Shown: piece after piece, positions 30,587 through 41,830 of the stretch
Numbering within the stretch: position 1 is the first letter of the stretch
How the letters are laid out: each line of letters starts with the position of its first letter
Origin: a bacterium
GTDB taxonomy: Bacteria > Hinthialibacterota > Hinthialibacteria > Hinthialibacterales > Hinthialibacteraceae
DNA length: 64,000 nucleotides
Direction: 5' to 3'
NCBI GenBank assembly: GCA_963662285.2
Contig: CAXXMV010000006.1
Location: forward strand, 1,088,001 to 1,152,000
Program-made: the position numbers and the translations under genes
Notes under the pieces: generated by a model
What the model was told of the DNA's origin: nothing
What the model saw: only the letters and a program-made list of their open reading frames with translations
Database searches by the model: none

Positions 30587-32113
30587 CTATTCTATGAATT
30601 CAAGAATCCCCCATGAAAATGGCTGGTTCCACCTAAAGGTTTGTCCAGCCCATGACCAACCTTTACTTCTAATATAATCAACAGGCTCGATCAGACAAAC
30701 ATTAAAACGAATTTCATGACCTACAGCCATGCTTTTTACGGGTAAGTATTTTGTTTCAATAAGAACCTCAACCAACATACTGTTTCCAAGAGGTTTGCCC
30801 TTGGCTAAGCCAACAATTTGATTGCTGTTGTTTACTACACGGGCTTCTTTTCCTTTCTGTTCTTTTGGAAAATATACAGAATAAATTGGATTTTGTGGAG
30901 ATGCTAATAAAGCACTCGATTCAGTAGAAAGCATTACTATAAATCGGTCGCACATCCAATCATCTTTTGATGATCCAGGATTAGGCGACTTTTTTGTAAA
31001 CTCAAATGAAATATATAATCCTTTGTCTGTCAATAATATATTTACATCTCTTTTTTCTCTATCATTGGTTTCACGTATCACATGATCAGAACCTTTATAG
31101 CCTTGTTGCATTACAAGAGAGGCGCTATTTAACCAATCATCAATATTTCCATCTATAATAGGATCGTTATGGCTTCTTCTAATTTTCAAACGGGGGATAG
31201 AAGACATAAAATAATGATTTTTAAGAATGTTCGCTAATGGATGTTTCCAGATTCTTCCAGGTTCATTGGTCATAACAAGGTCATCACCATCGAAACAAAT
31301 GGCTTCACTCTGCCCTAAAACTGCATATATGAAGTGTGTAATAGGATTCAGCAAGTCGCTTTCTTTTTCTACATCGTAGATACCAATCCCATCGTATGTC
31401 ATTACAGCGAGTTTCTTGTTTTGAGATGAATATGATGCGCCCGTTACAACACTTGGTATATTTATTTCTCCAATTTTCCGTAAGTAATTTGTTTCCCCTT
31501 CGACGCAAGCATCTAAACAAAAAATCTCTTGCTCCTTACTGTTTTGACTATTCGTCTCCACTTTAGTAATAATATAAATTTTACAGTTCATATAAAAAAC
31601 AGCTTCGCAGTTACGTGGTTTTTGATCGGGATAACACACGTCAAATGTCTTGAAATTTGTGGTTTTATCTATGTTTTCTGCTAGTGGTGAGAGAATATGG
31701 ATTTGAATATATTTTCGTTGAGAACGGTTATCACCAAAATCGGCAATGTAAATATTGCCCTCATCATCTTTGGCCATTCCTTCCCAATCCATTTTTTCCG
31801 GGCGTCCTTCCAGACCTAGCTGTTTTATCCTCTCAGGTTTATACAAATTTGGCGCATCTTCATCAGGCAATCCATTTAAATGAACAACCTGCAAAATGTT
31901 TCCCTGAAGGTCAAAGCGAAAGATATATGGAAAATGATCATTGATCCCCCAATATTCATATGTTTTATGGGCAGGTATAATTCCAGACATCCCATGAACA
32001 ACATCATTTGTAATTTCTAGAGTTGGAGTGTTATCTAAGAATTCCCCCGCTATATTTGGTTTCGCAAAGATTAGAATTAAAGTTAAATCAAGAATGAATA
32101 TTAAAATACGCAT
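30587..32113 (-). CDS. Secreted hypothetical protein: beta-propeller-like N-terminal domain plus CBM9/DOMON-like C-terminal domain
   Basis: Signal peptide, DWEGMAKD..IYIADFGDN, NCEAV and QSEAICF motifs, then PIIDGNIDDW; AT-rich. Confidence 0.6.
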   Translation of the reverse strand: MRILIFILDLTLILIFAKPNIAGEFLDNTPTLEITNDVVHGMSGIIPAHKTYEYWGINDHFPYIFRFDLQGNILQVVHLNGLPDEDAPNLYKPERIKQLGLEGRPEKMDWEGMAKDDEGNIYIADFGDNRSQRKYIQIHILSPLAENIDKTTNFKTFDVCYPDQKPRNCEAVFYMNCKIYIITKVETNSQNSKEQEIFCLDACVEGETNYLRKIGEINIPSVVTGASYSSQNKKLAVMTYDGIGIYDVEKESDLLNPITHFIYAVLGQSEAICFDGDDLVMTNEPGRIWKHPLANILKNHYFMSSIPRLKIRRSHNDPIIDGNIDDWLNSASLVMQQGYKGSDHVIRETNDREKRDVNILLTDKGLYISFEFTKKSPNPGSSKDDWMCDRFIVMLSTESSALLASPQNPIYSVYFPKEQKGKEARVVNNSNQIVGLAKGKPLGNSMLVEVLIETKYLPVKSMAVGHEIRFNVCLIEPVDYIRSKGWSWAGQTFRWNQPFSWGILEFIE

Positions 32114-32231
32114 AATTATTGGTTTTCCTCAGATTGATATAATAGAAGGGCTGATAATCTTTCAAGTAACCGGGATTTCCAATCCAATCCATAATACTGA
32201 TGAGTCAACCAGTAACATCCAAAACTAAAAA

Positions 32232-32261
32232 GCAGGGACGAACTGATTTGTTCCTCCCTGC
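32232..32261 (-). terminator. Putative intrinsic terminator of the DegT gene
   Basis: gcaggga..tccctgc stem followed by a T-run on the minus strand. Confidence 0.6.
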
Positions 32262-32283
32262 ATTTTATATATTATCAGATATC

Positions 32284-33633
32284 TCAACTAACGGCTTTAT
32301 GGGCTTTGGTTATGGCGTCGATTACGCGGTCGTTCATTTCCCGGGTGAATTTTGGTCCGATCCTGACTTGGACGAAGGTATCGTTAATTCTGAGCGTCTG
32401 CTTGCATGTATCAGGGCCGTACTGGATCGCCTTGCCTTCAGGGGAATTGAATGAAGGCCAGTTGGGGTGGCGGGTCTGTTTTTTCATGATTGATGATGCA
32501 ATAGGCAGAAGCACTGAACCGGATATATTACCGGCGCCTACCCGCTGCTTTTTCATCTCTTCCTTAAACTTTTCACGCGCTTCTTTGTTCTTGGTTTCAA
32601 TAAACACGGCGTATCCGATGTCGCCATCGGGATCAGGCCGCTTGCGCAGTTTGATGCCCGGCAGTTTCTTGATGCCGTCGCGCACGTAATTGCAGTTGCC
32701 CCGCATATCTTTGATCATAGTATCGAGTTTGGGCAGTTGCGCCCCCAGCACGGCGCCGGTGAACTCGCTCATGCGGAAATTCTCTCCAGCGAAATCATCA
32801 ACCTTGCTTTCGCCTAAACGGTCGGTGAAGACGCGCTGCATAACTCCCATATCATGGAAACGCGCCGCTCTTTCATAAATGATCGGATCGCTGGTAACTA
32901 CCGCTCCACCTTCGCCGGAACTGATCATTTTGTGGTATTGGTAACTATAAATCCCCACATCGCCGATTGCTCCGAGTTTGGTTCCCTTGTACGAACCGCC
33001 CACGCACTGTGCGCAATCTTCTAAAACCTTGATGCCATGCTTCTTGGCGATAGCCATGATGGCGTCCATATCGCACGGGCCGCCCAGCAGATGAACCGGA
33101 ATAACTGCACGGGTTCTTGGCGTGATCTTGCGCTCAAAATCTTTGGGATCAAGGGTGATCGATTCATCAATATCAGCGAAAACCGGCAACGCTCCAGCGT
33201 TTATAACAGCAGTATAATCTGACCACCAGGTATAAGCGGGCATGATAACTTCATCGCCGGGGCCTATGCCCAAACCAGTCACCGCGCAATCCAACGCCGC
33301 TGTTCCCGATGTGACGCACAGGGGGTATTTGGCGCCGATATACTCGCCCCATCCGGTCTCAAAATCCTTGACTTTATGAGGTTTGCCCATCCCATAATAT
33401 CTGAAGGGAGATTTCTCTTTAAGCACGTCCATCAGGGCGTCGCCTTCAGTGTGGTCATAATATTGAGGCGAGATAAAAGTAGCATTGATATATGGGACTT
33501 CCGCAAATGCCGCACGGTTGTTAAGCGCGTTGCCCAGTACCGTGACTGAGCAAGCCGCCAATCCATTTTTGAGGAAACTACGCCGATGGATGCTTTGTTT
33601 TCCTGATTCTTTTTCTTTCAAATTCTGAGACAT
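32284..33633 (-). CDS. DegT/DnrJ/EryC1/StrS family PLP aminotransferase with twin-arginine signal
   Basis: HRRSFLK Tat motif, SGTAAL, GIGPGDEVI, LEDCAQ, SYQYHKMI..GEGG. ATG at 33633 has a GGGGAGG RBS (the ORF track starts at 33648). Confidence 0.9.
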   Translation of the reverse strand: MSQNLKEKESGKQSIHRRSFLKNGLAACSVTVLGNALNNRAAFAEVPYINATFISPQYYDHTEGDALMDVLKEKSPFRYYGMGKPHKVKDFETGWGEYIGAKYPLCVTSGTAALDCAVTGLGIGPGDEVIMPAYTWWSDYTAVINAGALPVFADIDESITLDPKDFERKITPRTRAVIPVHLLGGPCDMDAIMAIAKKHGIKVLEDCAQCVGGSYKGTKLGAIGDVGIYSYQYHKMISSGEGGAVVTSDPIIYERAARFHDMGVMQRVFTDRLGESKVDDFAGENFRMSEFTGAVLGAQLPKLDTMIKDMRGNCNYVRDGIKKLPGIKLRKRPDPDGDIGYAVFIETKNKEAREKFKEEMKKQRVGAGNISGSVLLPIASSIMKKQTRHPNWPSFNSPEGKAIQYGPDTCKQTLRINDTFVQVRIGPKFTREMNDRVIDAITKAHKAVS

Positions 33634-33844
33634 GAGATACCTCCCCAACTTGTTTTAGGTTTAATCCATTATCTATGATTTCATATTATTGCATTTTCGT
33701 CAATTGGCTACGTCTCATATAGGTTTTGGAAGACCGGATGCTGTGGAACAACTTGGGTGTTTAAGTGGTTTTGATTGACTGAGAGATAAGTTGGCGTGCG
33801 CATAAAATCATAAGTGATTACATCATGGGCTGACCGTTCTGCGG

Positions 33845-33865
33845 TCGCGCCCTTGGCGCTCCTAC
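33845..33865 (-). repeat. GTAG-type REP-like palindrome
   Basis: Minus strand GTAGGAGCGCCAAGGGCGCGA in an intergenic region. Confidence 0.35.
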
Positions 33866-33892
33866 ACGGTGAATATGATTTTGATAATCGCT

Positions 33893-35266
33893 CTAATTGC
33901 GTAGACTATTGATCGGAGCGGGGATGTGACCGCCGTGGGCTATGAAGGCCTCGTTGCCGTCGGGGCAGGCGACATTGGTGATGCAGGATGAGCCGAAGAG
34001 TCCGCCGAAGTCAACGAAATCGCCGACTTTTTTGCCTGGCACGGGAATGACGCGCACGGCAGTGGTTTTGCCGCTGAAGACGCCAATGGCCGCTTCATCC
34101 ATGATAATTCCGCTGAGCGTCGCCGCGCTGATATCGCCGGGCAAGGCTACCATATCCAGACCGACCGAGCAGACGGCGGTCATGGCTTCCATCTTTTCAA
34201 CTGTAAGCCACTTTTGTTTGATGGCTTCTGCCAGGGCATGATCTTCCATAACCGGGATGAAGGCCCCGGATAATCCACCCACTGAAGAAGAGGCGAAGAT
34301 GCCGCCTTTTTTGATGGCGTCGTTGAGCATAGCGACTGCCGCAGTGGTTCCCGGAGCGCCGATTTTTGCAATGCCCATGGCCTGATAAATCTCGCCGACG
34401 CTATCGCCGACTTTGGGAGTCGGGGCCAGAGAGAGGTCGACCACTCCGAAACTGACGCCCAATTTAGAGGCCACTTCACGGCCAATCAATTCCCCGGTGC
34501 GGGTGACGCGGAAAGCGGTGTGTTTGGCTACTTCGGCGATTTCATCAAGTGAGACGTCGGGGTGATCCTTGACCAGGGTTTCGACGGCTCGCTTGACCAC
34601 TCCAGGGCCGCTGACGCCGACGTTGATGACGCAGGAACCTTCGCCGGCGCCGAGATAGGCGCCGGCCATGAAGGGATTATTCTCCGGGATGTTGGTGAAG
34701 ACTACTAACTTGGCGCAACCGAAGCCGTTATTGTCGCTGGTGGCAGCGGCAATTTTAAGAATCATGTCGCTGACGATGCGCACAGCATCGACGTTGATGC
34801 CCGCCTTGGATGTGCCTATATTAACCGAAGAACAGAGCCGTTTGGTCTGGCTTAATACTTCGGGCAGCGAGTTGATCAGAATGGCTTCGCCTTCGGTGAT
34901 ACCTTTGTGGACTAAAGCGGTATAACCGCCGATCAGGTCAACATTGACATCGGCGGCGGCCCGGTCTAAAGCGCGGGCCAGCTGCATGCCGTCTTTATCC
35001 CGGTGACCTTCAAGCAGTCGGCTGGCGGGAGAGACGGCCAGGCGCTTGTTGACGATGTTAAGACCGTATTTAGTGGAGAGGCTGTTGCATATCGAAACCA
35101 GGTCTTTGGCGCAGCTGTGAATTTTTTTATAGACCGATACCGAAGCCTTGGCGATATCGGGATTGGCGCAATCGTCGATATTGATGCCCATAGTGACCGT
35201 GCGGACATCCAGGTTGCCTTCTTCCAGCATTCGAACAGTATTGAGAATATCGTTTACTCGTCGCAT
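33893..35266 (-). CDS. PFL family protein (DUF711/UPF0210)
   Basis: LDVRTVTMGI, GCAKLVVF, NPFMAGA, GVSGPGVV, GGLSGAFIPV, CSVGLDM, IPAPINSLRN. Confidence 0.92.
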   Translation of the reverse strand: MRRVNDILNTVRMLEEGNLDVRTVTMGINIDDCANPDIAKASVSVYKKIHSCAKDLVSICNSLSTKYGLNIVNKRLAVSPASRLLEGHRDKDGMQLARALDRAAADVNVDLIGGYTALVHKGITEGEAILINSLPEVLSQTKRLCSSVNIGTSKAGINVDAVRIVSDMILKIAAATSDNNGFGCAKLVVFTNIPENNPFMAGAYLGAGEGSCVINVGVSGPGVVKRAVETLVKDHPDVSLDEIAEVAKHTAFRVTRTGELIGREVASKLGVSFGVVDLSLAPTPKVGDSVGEIYQAMGIAKIGAPGTTAAVAMLNDAIKKGGIFASSSVGGLSGAFIPVMEDHALAEAIKQKWLTVEKMEAMTAVCSVGLDMVALPGDISAATLSGIIMDEAAIGVFSGKTTAVRVIPVPGKKVGDFVDFGGLFGSSCITNVACPDGNEAFIAHGGHIPAPINSLRN

Positions 35267-35847
35267 GGTTCCATCTTGAATAGTTGTCTTATTGAAAAGA
35301 TATCGTTGGCTACGCGGAATAGGTTTTCGTGCTGCAAAGTGGCCACTAAATCGATGGAAGAGACCAGGGTTTGCAGTTCGCCATACAGCTGTTTTATATC
35401 AATATGCTCCGGTACTGAAATTTCACCTATGTGGGTCACTTGGGTTCCCTGGATGGTGAAATAATAATCTTCGATATTGATATTGTTATCGGCCAGATAG
35501 GTGGTGACCGTCTTGATGATTCCCGGTCGGTCCCGGCCAGTCAGAGTCAGGATATAGCGGTCGGATTGTTTGGGGATATCGACCGCTTTTTCTTCGAAAT
35601 CGCGGACTATGACCGAGGCTTCGTTAGTATGGAAATTATCTTGTATCGCCTGGCTGATCTGTTCTTTGGAATAGGCCTGAGTGAATTTAGCCGTTAAGAT
35701 TACAGTGAAATATCCATGGATTACGGTTTGGCTCATTCCATCGATATCACCTCCCATATCAGTAATGGCGGAGGTGATGCGTTGAATGATTCCTATCCGG
35801 TCAGGCGCTAATAGAGATATGACGCATCGGGTTGATTCTGCAATCAC
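35254..35847 (-). CDS. Tandem ACT-domain protein (GcvR-like)
   Basis: Two ACT motifs, APDRIGII and GRDRPGII; ACT genes commonly precede DUF711 genes. Confidence 0.85.
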   Translation of the reverse strand: MIAESTRCVISLLAPDRIGIIQRITSAITDMGGDIDGMSQTVIHGYFTVILTAKFTQAYSKEQISQAIQDNFHTNEASVIVRDFEEKAVDIPKQSDRYILTLTGRDRPGIIKTVTTYLADNNINIEDYYFTIQGTQVTHIGEISVPEHIDIKQLYGELQTLVSSIDLVATLQHENLFRVANDIFSIRQLFKMEPCDE

Positions 35848-35962
35848 AATTTAATTCCCTGTCAAGCAATATGGTTTATTAAAGGATTTTGATTATTAAA
35901 ATAGATCATTACCGCATCTGATGCTGAAGGCAAGACCTTTAGAATACTTTGCATGTTTGCGT

Positions 35963-38900
35963 TTAGAGTTTGGAAACGACTTGTTTCAGTTTTTGGTATT
36001 CTTCATCCAGTTTGATTAATAATCCGGCAGCGGTTTGGAGGTCGTTGTTTTTTCCCGCCTGTTCGATGGCTTTAGATATATGACTGAGGGAGAGGGCGGA
36101 AATATTGGCCGAAGAGCCTTTCAGCGAATGAGCGGTTGATGCTAACAATTCGAGATCATTATTATGTATAGATTGATCGAGTTTTGTATAATAGTTCTTG
36201 AAATCATTAATAAAGAGGTTCATTAAATTCCGTAGGAATTCTTCATCGCCATCCACCCGTTCTAGCAATGAATTTTTATCGAATATGGGAAGATAATCTT
36301 CTTCATTGTTGTTCATGGCATCGTGAGAGTCGTTTCTTTTATGGTAAGTCCACTTTTCGATAGTGTCAACAAGTTTCTGGGGCTGAATAGGTTTAGAAAT
36401 GTAATCATCCATTCCGGCGTCAAGACAGCGTTTTTTATCGCCTGACATGGCGTGAGCGGTGATTGCGATAATAGGGATATGGTTTCTATTCTCTTTTTCG
36501 AAATTGCGTATAGCTTCAGTTGCTTCAAAACCATCCATTTCCGGCATTTGAATGTCCATCAGGATCAAGTCGAATTTATTGCTGGTATACTTTTCGATAG
36601 CTTCTTGACCATTGTTAGCGATATCTGATTTATAGCCAATTTTATTGATGATTTTTTGGACGATTTTCTGGTTAATTATGTTATCTTCGGCGATTAGAAT
36701 TGAGATATTGCGTTTTTGGTTCTCTTTAATGGAATATTTGGTTATTAAATATGAGGATTCATGGTTGGTTGGCTTGGCGTCTAATCCAATGGCTGTAGTT
36801 AAACAATTAAAAAGTAGAGACTGTCTAATCGGTTTGGTAAGATAAGCGGAGAAGCCGGCCAGTAGCATACGGGCGGCGTCGCCTTTTTGACCCATAGATG
36901 TCAACATTACCAGAGTGGTATTGTTTATGTGAGAATCATTTTTAATGATTTTACCGAGAGTTTCTCCATCCATCTCCGGCATCATCATATCGAGAATGGC
37001 AATATTAAACGGATCATTATGTTTAAGAGCCAGATGCATTTTACTCAAAGCTTCGATGCCATTCTCCGCTTCATCGCATCTAACCTGCCAGGTATGCAAC
37101 TGTTCTTTCAAGACCAATCGATTGGTTTTATTATCGTCAACAATGAGAATGCGTTTGTTTTTGATGCTTTCAGGAATTATGAAATCAGTTTGAGCGTCAG
37201 AGGATTGTTTTTGAAAAACAGTAGTAAACCAGAAAGTTGAGCCTACTCCTTCTTTACTTTCAACGCCAATGTCGCCTTTCATCATAAGCGTAAGTTCTTT
37301 TGATATTGCCAGTCCCAGCCCGGTTCCGCCATATTGGCGGGTAGTTGAACTATCTATTTGAGAGAATGATTGGAAAAGATGGTTGATGCGATCATGAGGA
37401 ATGCCAATGCCGGTGTCATGGATTTCAAAACGCAGTAAAACATCATTATCGGTCTCTTTTACTAATGTAACGCGAATACCAACTTCTCCGGCGTCGGTGA
37501 ATTTGACGGCATTGCCAGTTAGATTAATGAGGATTTGGCGCAGTCGGCTTGGATCGCCATGCAACAGGCTGGGAACAGTATGGTGTATCAGGCAAGTGAA
37601 TTCCAGTTCTTTTTCGGTTGTTTTTAGAGAGAATAAATCAACTAGTGATTCCATGCATGACCGGAGATTGAAATCAATATTCTCCAGATCAAGTTTTCGC
37701 GCTTCGATTTTTGAATAATCCAGGATATCGTTGATAACTTTTAAGAGAGAATTCGCCGAATCGTGAATGGAGTTTGAATATTCGCGTTGTTCTTGATTCA
37801 AGTCAGTTTCCAGTAAAAGGCCTGTCATTCCAATAACGCCATTCATGGGCGTACGGATTTCATGGCTCATGTTGGCCAGAAAGTTACTCTTGGCTTTACT
37901 GGCCGCTTCGGCTTCCAGTTTGGCCAGACGGAGTTCTTCTTCAGAATGTTTGCGGTGAGTGATATTGTTGATGGATAAAAGAACATGCAGTTGATCGTTG
38001 ATGGTTAATGGATCGGCGCTGATTTCCAACCATAATTCAACTGGATTGTCATTGATTACAAGCGTTCGGATTATTTCGCTGTTATGAACAGCTTGATTGG
38101 TATGATAGACCTGATTGATGATTTTCCGTATCGGGCAGCCTTGGCATGATAATCCCTTGCCGCAGCCTTTTTCTGATTCGAGGGAGTTGATACAGCAGAG
38201 ACCATTTCCTAAGGTATCATTTAACAAATCGTCAATATCTTTTTTAACTATTTTGGCGGCGACGTTATTAACTTCTATAATAGAAAAATCCTTATCAACC
38301 AGCATCATACCAATATTAGTGGTATGGAAGATAGTTTGAAGGTTATTCCTTTCCTTTTTCAGCATGTCATCGGCTGTTTGGGTCAGGATCACATGGCTGG
38401 TAGTAATAGCAATTGTTTCGAGTATCTTTTCTTCCTGGGGAGTAACGATTTTTTTACTGAATAATGCCAGTACGCCGATGGGGATTCTTTCTGAAGAAAG
38501 CAGCCGGAAACCGGCAAAAGAAACAAGGCCAATTTCTTTGGCCCACAGGGGATCGTGAATCCTTGGGTCGTTTTGAGCATTATTTGTGATGAATTTGGCT
38601 TCTTTATACGATGCCATTAAACCGGTTTCATGACATCCAAATGGAATACGCCTATGATTTTTGCCATCAATATGAGTGTAACGACCTGCACTGGCGATGA
38701 GATGAAGGCAGCGATCTTTGTGCTGGCATACATTAGAAGCATCAGTTGAATTTGGGTGGATGCATTCTGATTCACAGATGTCGCCTGGTTTGATTATCCA
38801 GATTCGGGCAAAATCCGCATCAAAAAATTCAACAATCCATTGAACAATCAGGTTCATCTTTTCTGGCAGTGAACCGGGGTGAAGCAGGCTTTCTTTCAGA

Positions 38901-39475
38901 TTAATTATTTGGTTAAGAGAGAAATCAATTTGTTTTTTTTCAGTAATATCTCTCCAGATACTTATAATATTTCCAGTTTTTGAATTATCTTTATGGTTGT
39001 GAATAATTGAAGCATCGACTGAAAAAAACTGTTTTTTATTATCTTTTGTATGAGTGAATTCAATGTTCTTACATTCACCATGCAAGGATAGTGAATTCTC
39101 AAGCCCCGCCCACTTTTCCTGAGCGTCGCCGCCCAGTTGGCTGAGCCAGTCGTTTAGATTATTAAAACTGTTTTTCGGGCAACCGGGGTCAGATAAATCG
39201 TCGAAAGCCTTATTTGAGAGGAGAATATTATGATTCTCATCAGTGATTAGGCTGGCGTTAGGTGATGATTTGAACAGAGTCTCAAAGGAATCAATCATCT
39301 GATAAGTGGTCCTTGTCTTTTTTAACAATGAGAATGAATCAATGGGTATCAAGATGTATAAAACAAGTTTTTCACTTTGTGAATATAAACATTTTGTTGA
39401 TATAGAATTTTCGCGAACACAAGAAAATAGAGCAACAATATTATTTATATCATGTAATTTGATTTTTGTCGCCAT
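35963..39475 (-). CDS. Multi-sensor hybrid kinase PAS-GAF-PAS-HisKA-HATPase-REC-REC-HPt
   Basis: [32 protein letters not shown], two receivers and HPt AHSLKGSS. The true start may be near MIDSFE (~39298). Confidence 0.92.
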   Translation of the reverse strand: MATKIKLHDINNIVALFSCVRENSISTKCLYSQSEKLVLYILIPIDSFSLLKKTRTTYQMIDSFETLFKSSPNASLITDENHNILLSNKAFDDLSDPGCPKNSFNNLNDWLSQLGGDAQEKWAGLENSLSLHGECKNIEFTHTKDNKKQFFSVDASIIHNHKDNSKTGNIISIWRDITEKKQIDFSLNQIINLKESLLHPGSLPEKMNLIVQWIVEFFDADFARIWIIKPGDICESECIHPNSTDASNVCQHKDRCLHLIASAGRYTHIDGKNHRRIPFGCHETGLMASYKEAKFITNNAQNDPRIHDPLWAKEIGLVSFAGFRLLSSERIPIGVLALFSKKIVTPQEEKILETIAITTSHVILTQTADDMLKKERNNLQTIFHTTNIGMMLVDKDFSIIEVNNVAAKIVKKDIDDLLNDTLGNGLCCINSLESEKGCGKGLSCQGCPIRKIINQVYHTNQAVHNSEIIRTLVINDNPVELWLEISADPLTINDQLHVLLSINNITHRKHSEEELRLAKLEAEAASKAKSNFLANMSHEIRTPMNGVIGMTGLLLETDLNQEQREYSNSIHDSANSLLKVINDILDYSKIEARKLDLENIDFNLRSCMESLVDLFSLKTTEKELEFTCLIHHTVPSLLHGDPSRLRQILINLTGNAVKFTDAGEVGIRVTLVKETDNDVLLRFEIHDTGIGIPHDRINHLFQSFSQIDSSTTRQYGGTGLGLAISKELTLMMKGDIGVESKEGVGSTFWFTTVFQKQSSDAQTDFIIPESIKNKRILIVDDNKTNRLVLKEQLHTWQVRCDEAENGIEALSKMHLALKHNDPFNIAILDMMMPEMDGETLGKIIKNDSHINNTTLVMLTSMGQKGDAARMLLAGFSAYLTKPIRQSLLFNCLTTAIGLDAKPTNHESSYLITKYSIKENQKRNISILIAEDNIINQKIVQKIINKIGYKSDIANNGQEAIEKYTSNKFDLILMDIQMPEMDGFEATEAIRNFEKENRNHIPIIAITAHAMSGDKKRCLDAGMDDYISKPIQPQKLVDTIEKWTYHKRNDSHDAMNNNEEDYLPIFDKNSLLERVDGDEEFLRNLMNLFINDFKNYYTKLDQSIHNNDLELLASTAHSLKGSSANISALSLSHISKAIEQAGKNNDLQTAAGLLIKLDEEYQKLKQVVSKL

Positions 39476-39811
39476 GCTCCGATGGTTTATTGATAATTAT
39501 TGAAAAATTCTATTCCAAGCCAATTATCAGCCTGATGGTTATGTCTAAACCGATATACTTTGATCACAACATGATTTCAGCAGCGATTTTTTTAATTTTA
39601 CCTTATTACAAATGAAGATCAAATAAACTACAAGGATATATTTAATGGTTAGAATTTTGTACAATTTCAAAATACGTTTTTGTTTCCGAACTGGTTTAGT
39701 GGGATAAAAAAGACATTGATAAACTTGTAGCCCGGTATTATTATCCAGGGTGAATAATTAGGGAAATTAAATTCGATTAAAATACGATAAATTGTTCATG
39801 GGAGAAAAGAT

Positions 39812-41698
39812 GTGACGAAATTTAAAATGCCTTTCTTTTTTATTCTTATGGCATCATTTGTCTTTGAGTGTATTCCCGGTCTGGTTTGGGGATTAGAAAA
39901 CGATGCGCCTCTTTCGCCGGAATCCATAATTGAATCTTTGGAAAACAATACTTTATATATTGCAGAGAAAACAGCTTGCCAGATTGCTGTGTTTGACGCT
40001 GAATCTGCTATCGTGCGCTCAAGCATCTGTGTTCCTTCTGAACCGACGGGTTTGGCGCTTTCCCGTGATTCAAAGATACTTTATGTGACATGCTCTGGCG
40101 ACGAAGGGACTCTGTGTATTATCGATGTAGAAACAGAAAAAATTTTTGGTTCAGTAAAGGTGGGGCTGGGCGCTTGCAGCCCGGTTGTACGAAATGATGA
40201 CCAACGCATTTATGTTTGCAACCGTTTTGAGAATAGCGTCTCCGTAGTTGATCCTGAAGCGCGCCAAGAGGTTGCACGTTTTGCCGCGGACCGTGAACCG
40301 CAAGCAGCGGTATTATCAGCGGATGGCAAGTTTTTATTTGTGGCGCATCATATCCCTGCGGGACGCGCTAATCAGGCCAAGGTCTCAAGTACGGTTCAGG
40401 TTATCCAGACTCAGGGACTGCAAACTATAGAAAAAATCAGCCTGCCCAGCGGCAGCACCTGTTTGAAGGGTATCTGCATAACGCCGGATGGCCGTTATAT
40501 TTTTGTGACTCATATCCTGGCCCATTTTCAAATGCCCGCCACCCAGCTGGAGCGCGGATGGATCAACACCAACGCCTTAACCATCATCGACGCCAATAAC
40601 CATAGTTATGTAAATACAGTTTTGCTGGATGATGTGGATCGCGGCGCCGCTAATCCCTGGAGCGTCAAATGCAGCCCCGATGGGAAATATCTTGGCGTGG
40701 TTCATTCTGGCATGCATGAACTAAGTCTGATTGATTTACCTGCTTTTATAGAAAAACTAGAAAATCTTCCGGAAGAATCACAAGGTTCAGGATATGGTTA
40801 TTCCAGCGGTGATGGTGGATATACTACCAGCATTGCTGACGCTCCGACTGATCTTACCTTTATGGTGAAAATTCGCAGCCGTATTAAACTTCAGGGTAGC
40901 GGCCCCCGTGGGCTGGCTTTTCTTGGTTCGAGGGTTTATGTACCTAATTATTTCTCTGACAACCTTAATGTTATTGATCTGCAAGCCAAGCGCATAAAAG
41001 TGACGCAATCTATCGCCTTAGGAGAAGAGATGGAGCGATCCATCCAACGATGGGGCGAGGAATTGTTCCATGATGCATCCATCTGTTTTCAAGGCTGGCA
41101 GAGTTGTTCCAGTTGTCATCCTGACGCCAGGGTAGACGGTTTGAACTGGGATTTGCTCAACGATGGAATAGGCAACCCCAAAAATTCAAAAAGCATGTTG
41201 CTGGCGCATCGAACTCCTCCCGCCATGAGCACTGGAGTGCGGCCCGATGCGGAATATGCAGTGCGCAGTGGATTGCGCCATATACTGTTTGTCGAACGTC
41301 CCAAGGAAGAAGCCGAGGCGATGGATGAATATCTCAAGTCGATGAAGCCGATGGATAGTCCAATCAAGCGTGATAAAGCTTTCGCCTCAAAAATCCAAAA
41401 TGGGAAAAGATTATTCTTCAGCCCGGAAACCCGTTGCGCGTCTTGCCATAGCGGCCCGTTATTCACCGATATGCAATTGTATGACGTTGGTTTGCAGGGG
41501 TCTTATGATAAACAAGGGAAATTTGATAATCCCAGTTTGATTGAACTATGGCGCACCGGCCCATACTTACATGATGGCCGCGCGGCGACTTTGCGTGATG
41601 TCATATCCACCTGGAATCCTGAAGACCGCCATGGGCGTACCTCGCAACTTAGCGAAGAAGAGATGGCTGATCTGGAAGCCTTTTTGCTGTCTTTGTGA
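39812..41698 (+). CDS. YVTN-type beta-propeller fused to a di-heme cytochrome c (peroxidase-like) domain
   Basis: Signal peptide, propeller repeats, CSSCH and CASCH heme motifs, PSL..TGPYLHDG. Confidence 0.85.
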   Translation: MTKFKMPFFFILMASFVFECIPGLVWGLENDAPLSPESIIESLENNTLYIAEKTACQIAVFDAESAIVRSSICVPSEPTGLALSRDSKILYVTCSGDEGTLCIIDVETEKIFGSVKVGLGACSPVVRNDDQRIYVCNRFENSVSVVDPEARQEVARFAADREPQAAVLSADGKFLFVAHHIPAGRANQAKVSSTVQVIQTQGLQTIEKISLPSGSTCLKGICITPDGRYIFVTHILAHFQMPATQLERGWINTNALTIIDANNHSYVNTVLLDDVDRGAANPWSVKCSPDGKYLGVVHSGMHELSLIDLPAFIEKLENLPEESQGSGYGYSSGDGGYTTSIADAPTDLTFMVKIRSRIKLQGSGPRGLAFLGSRVYVPNYFSDNLNVIDLQAKRIKVTQSIALGEEMERSIQRWGEELFHDASICFQGWQSCSSCHPDARVDGLNWDLLNDGIGNPKNSKSMLLAHRTPPAMSTGVRPDAEYAVRSGLRHILFVERPKEEAEAMDEYLKSMKPMDSPIKRDKAFASKIQNGKRLFFSPETRCASCHSGPLFTDMQLYDVGLQGSYDKQGKFDNPSLIELWRTGPYLHDGRAATLRDVISTWNPEDRHGRTSQLSEEEMADLEAFLLSL

Positions 41699-41726
41699 TG
41701 TAGTAATTAATGATTGATAAAAACGC

Positions 41727-41807
41727 AACCCACCTCTAACTCCCCCCAAACTTGGGGGGAGGGTTTAATCCTATCAAACATGTAGGGTGCGCCTCTTATA
41801 GGCGCCC
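41727..41807. repeat. REP-like palindromes between convergent genes
   Basis: ctccccccaa-ac-ttggggggag hairpin followed by GTAGGGTGCGCCT..AGGCGCCC. Confidence 0.45.
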
Positions 41808-41830
41808 GAATCTCCCAATAATCATGGGCA

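Noticed and set aside
30395-30616. Plus-strand ORF resembling ORF 32306-32689
   Set aside because: Antisense shadow of the duplicated DegT 3' end, not an independent gene
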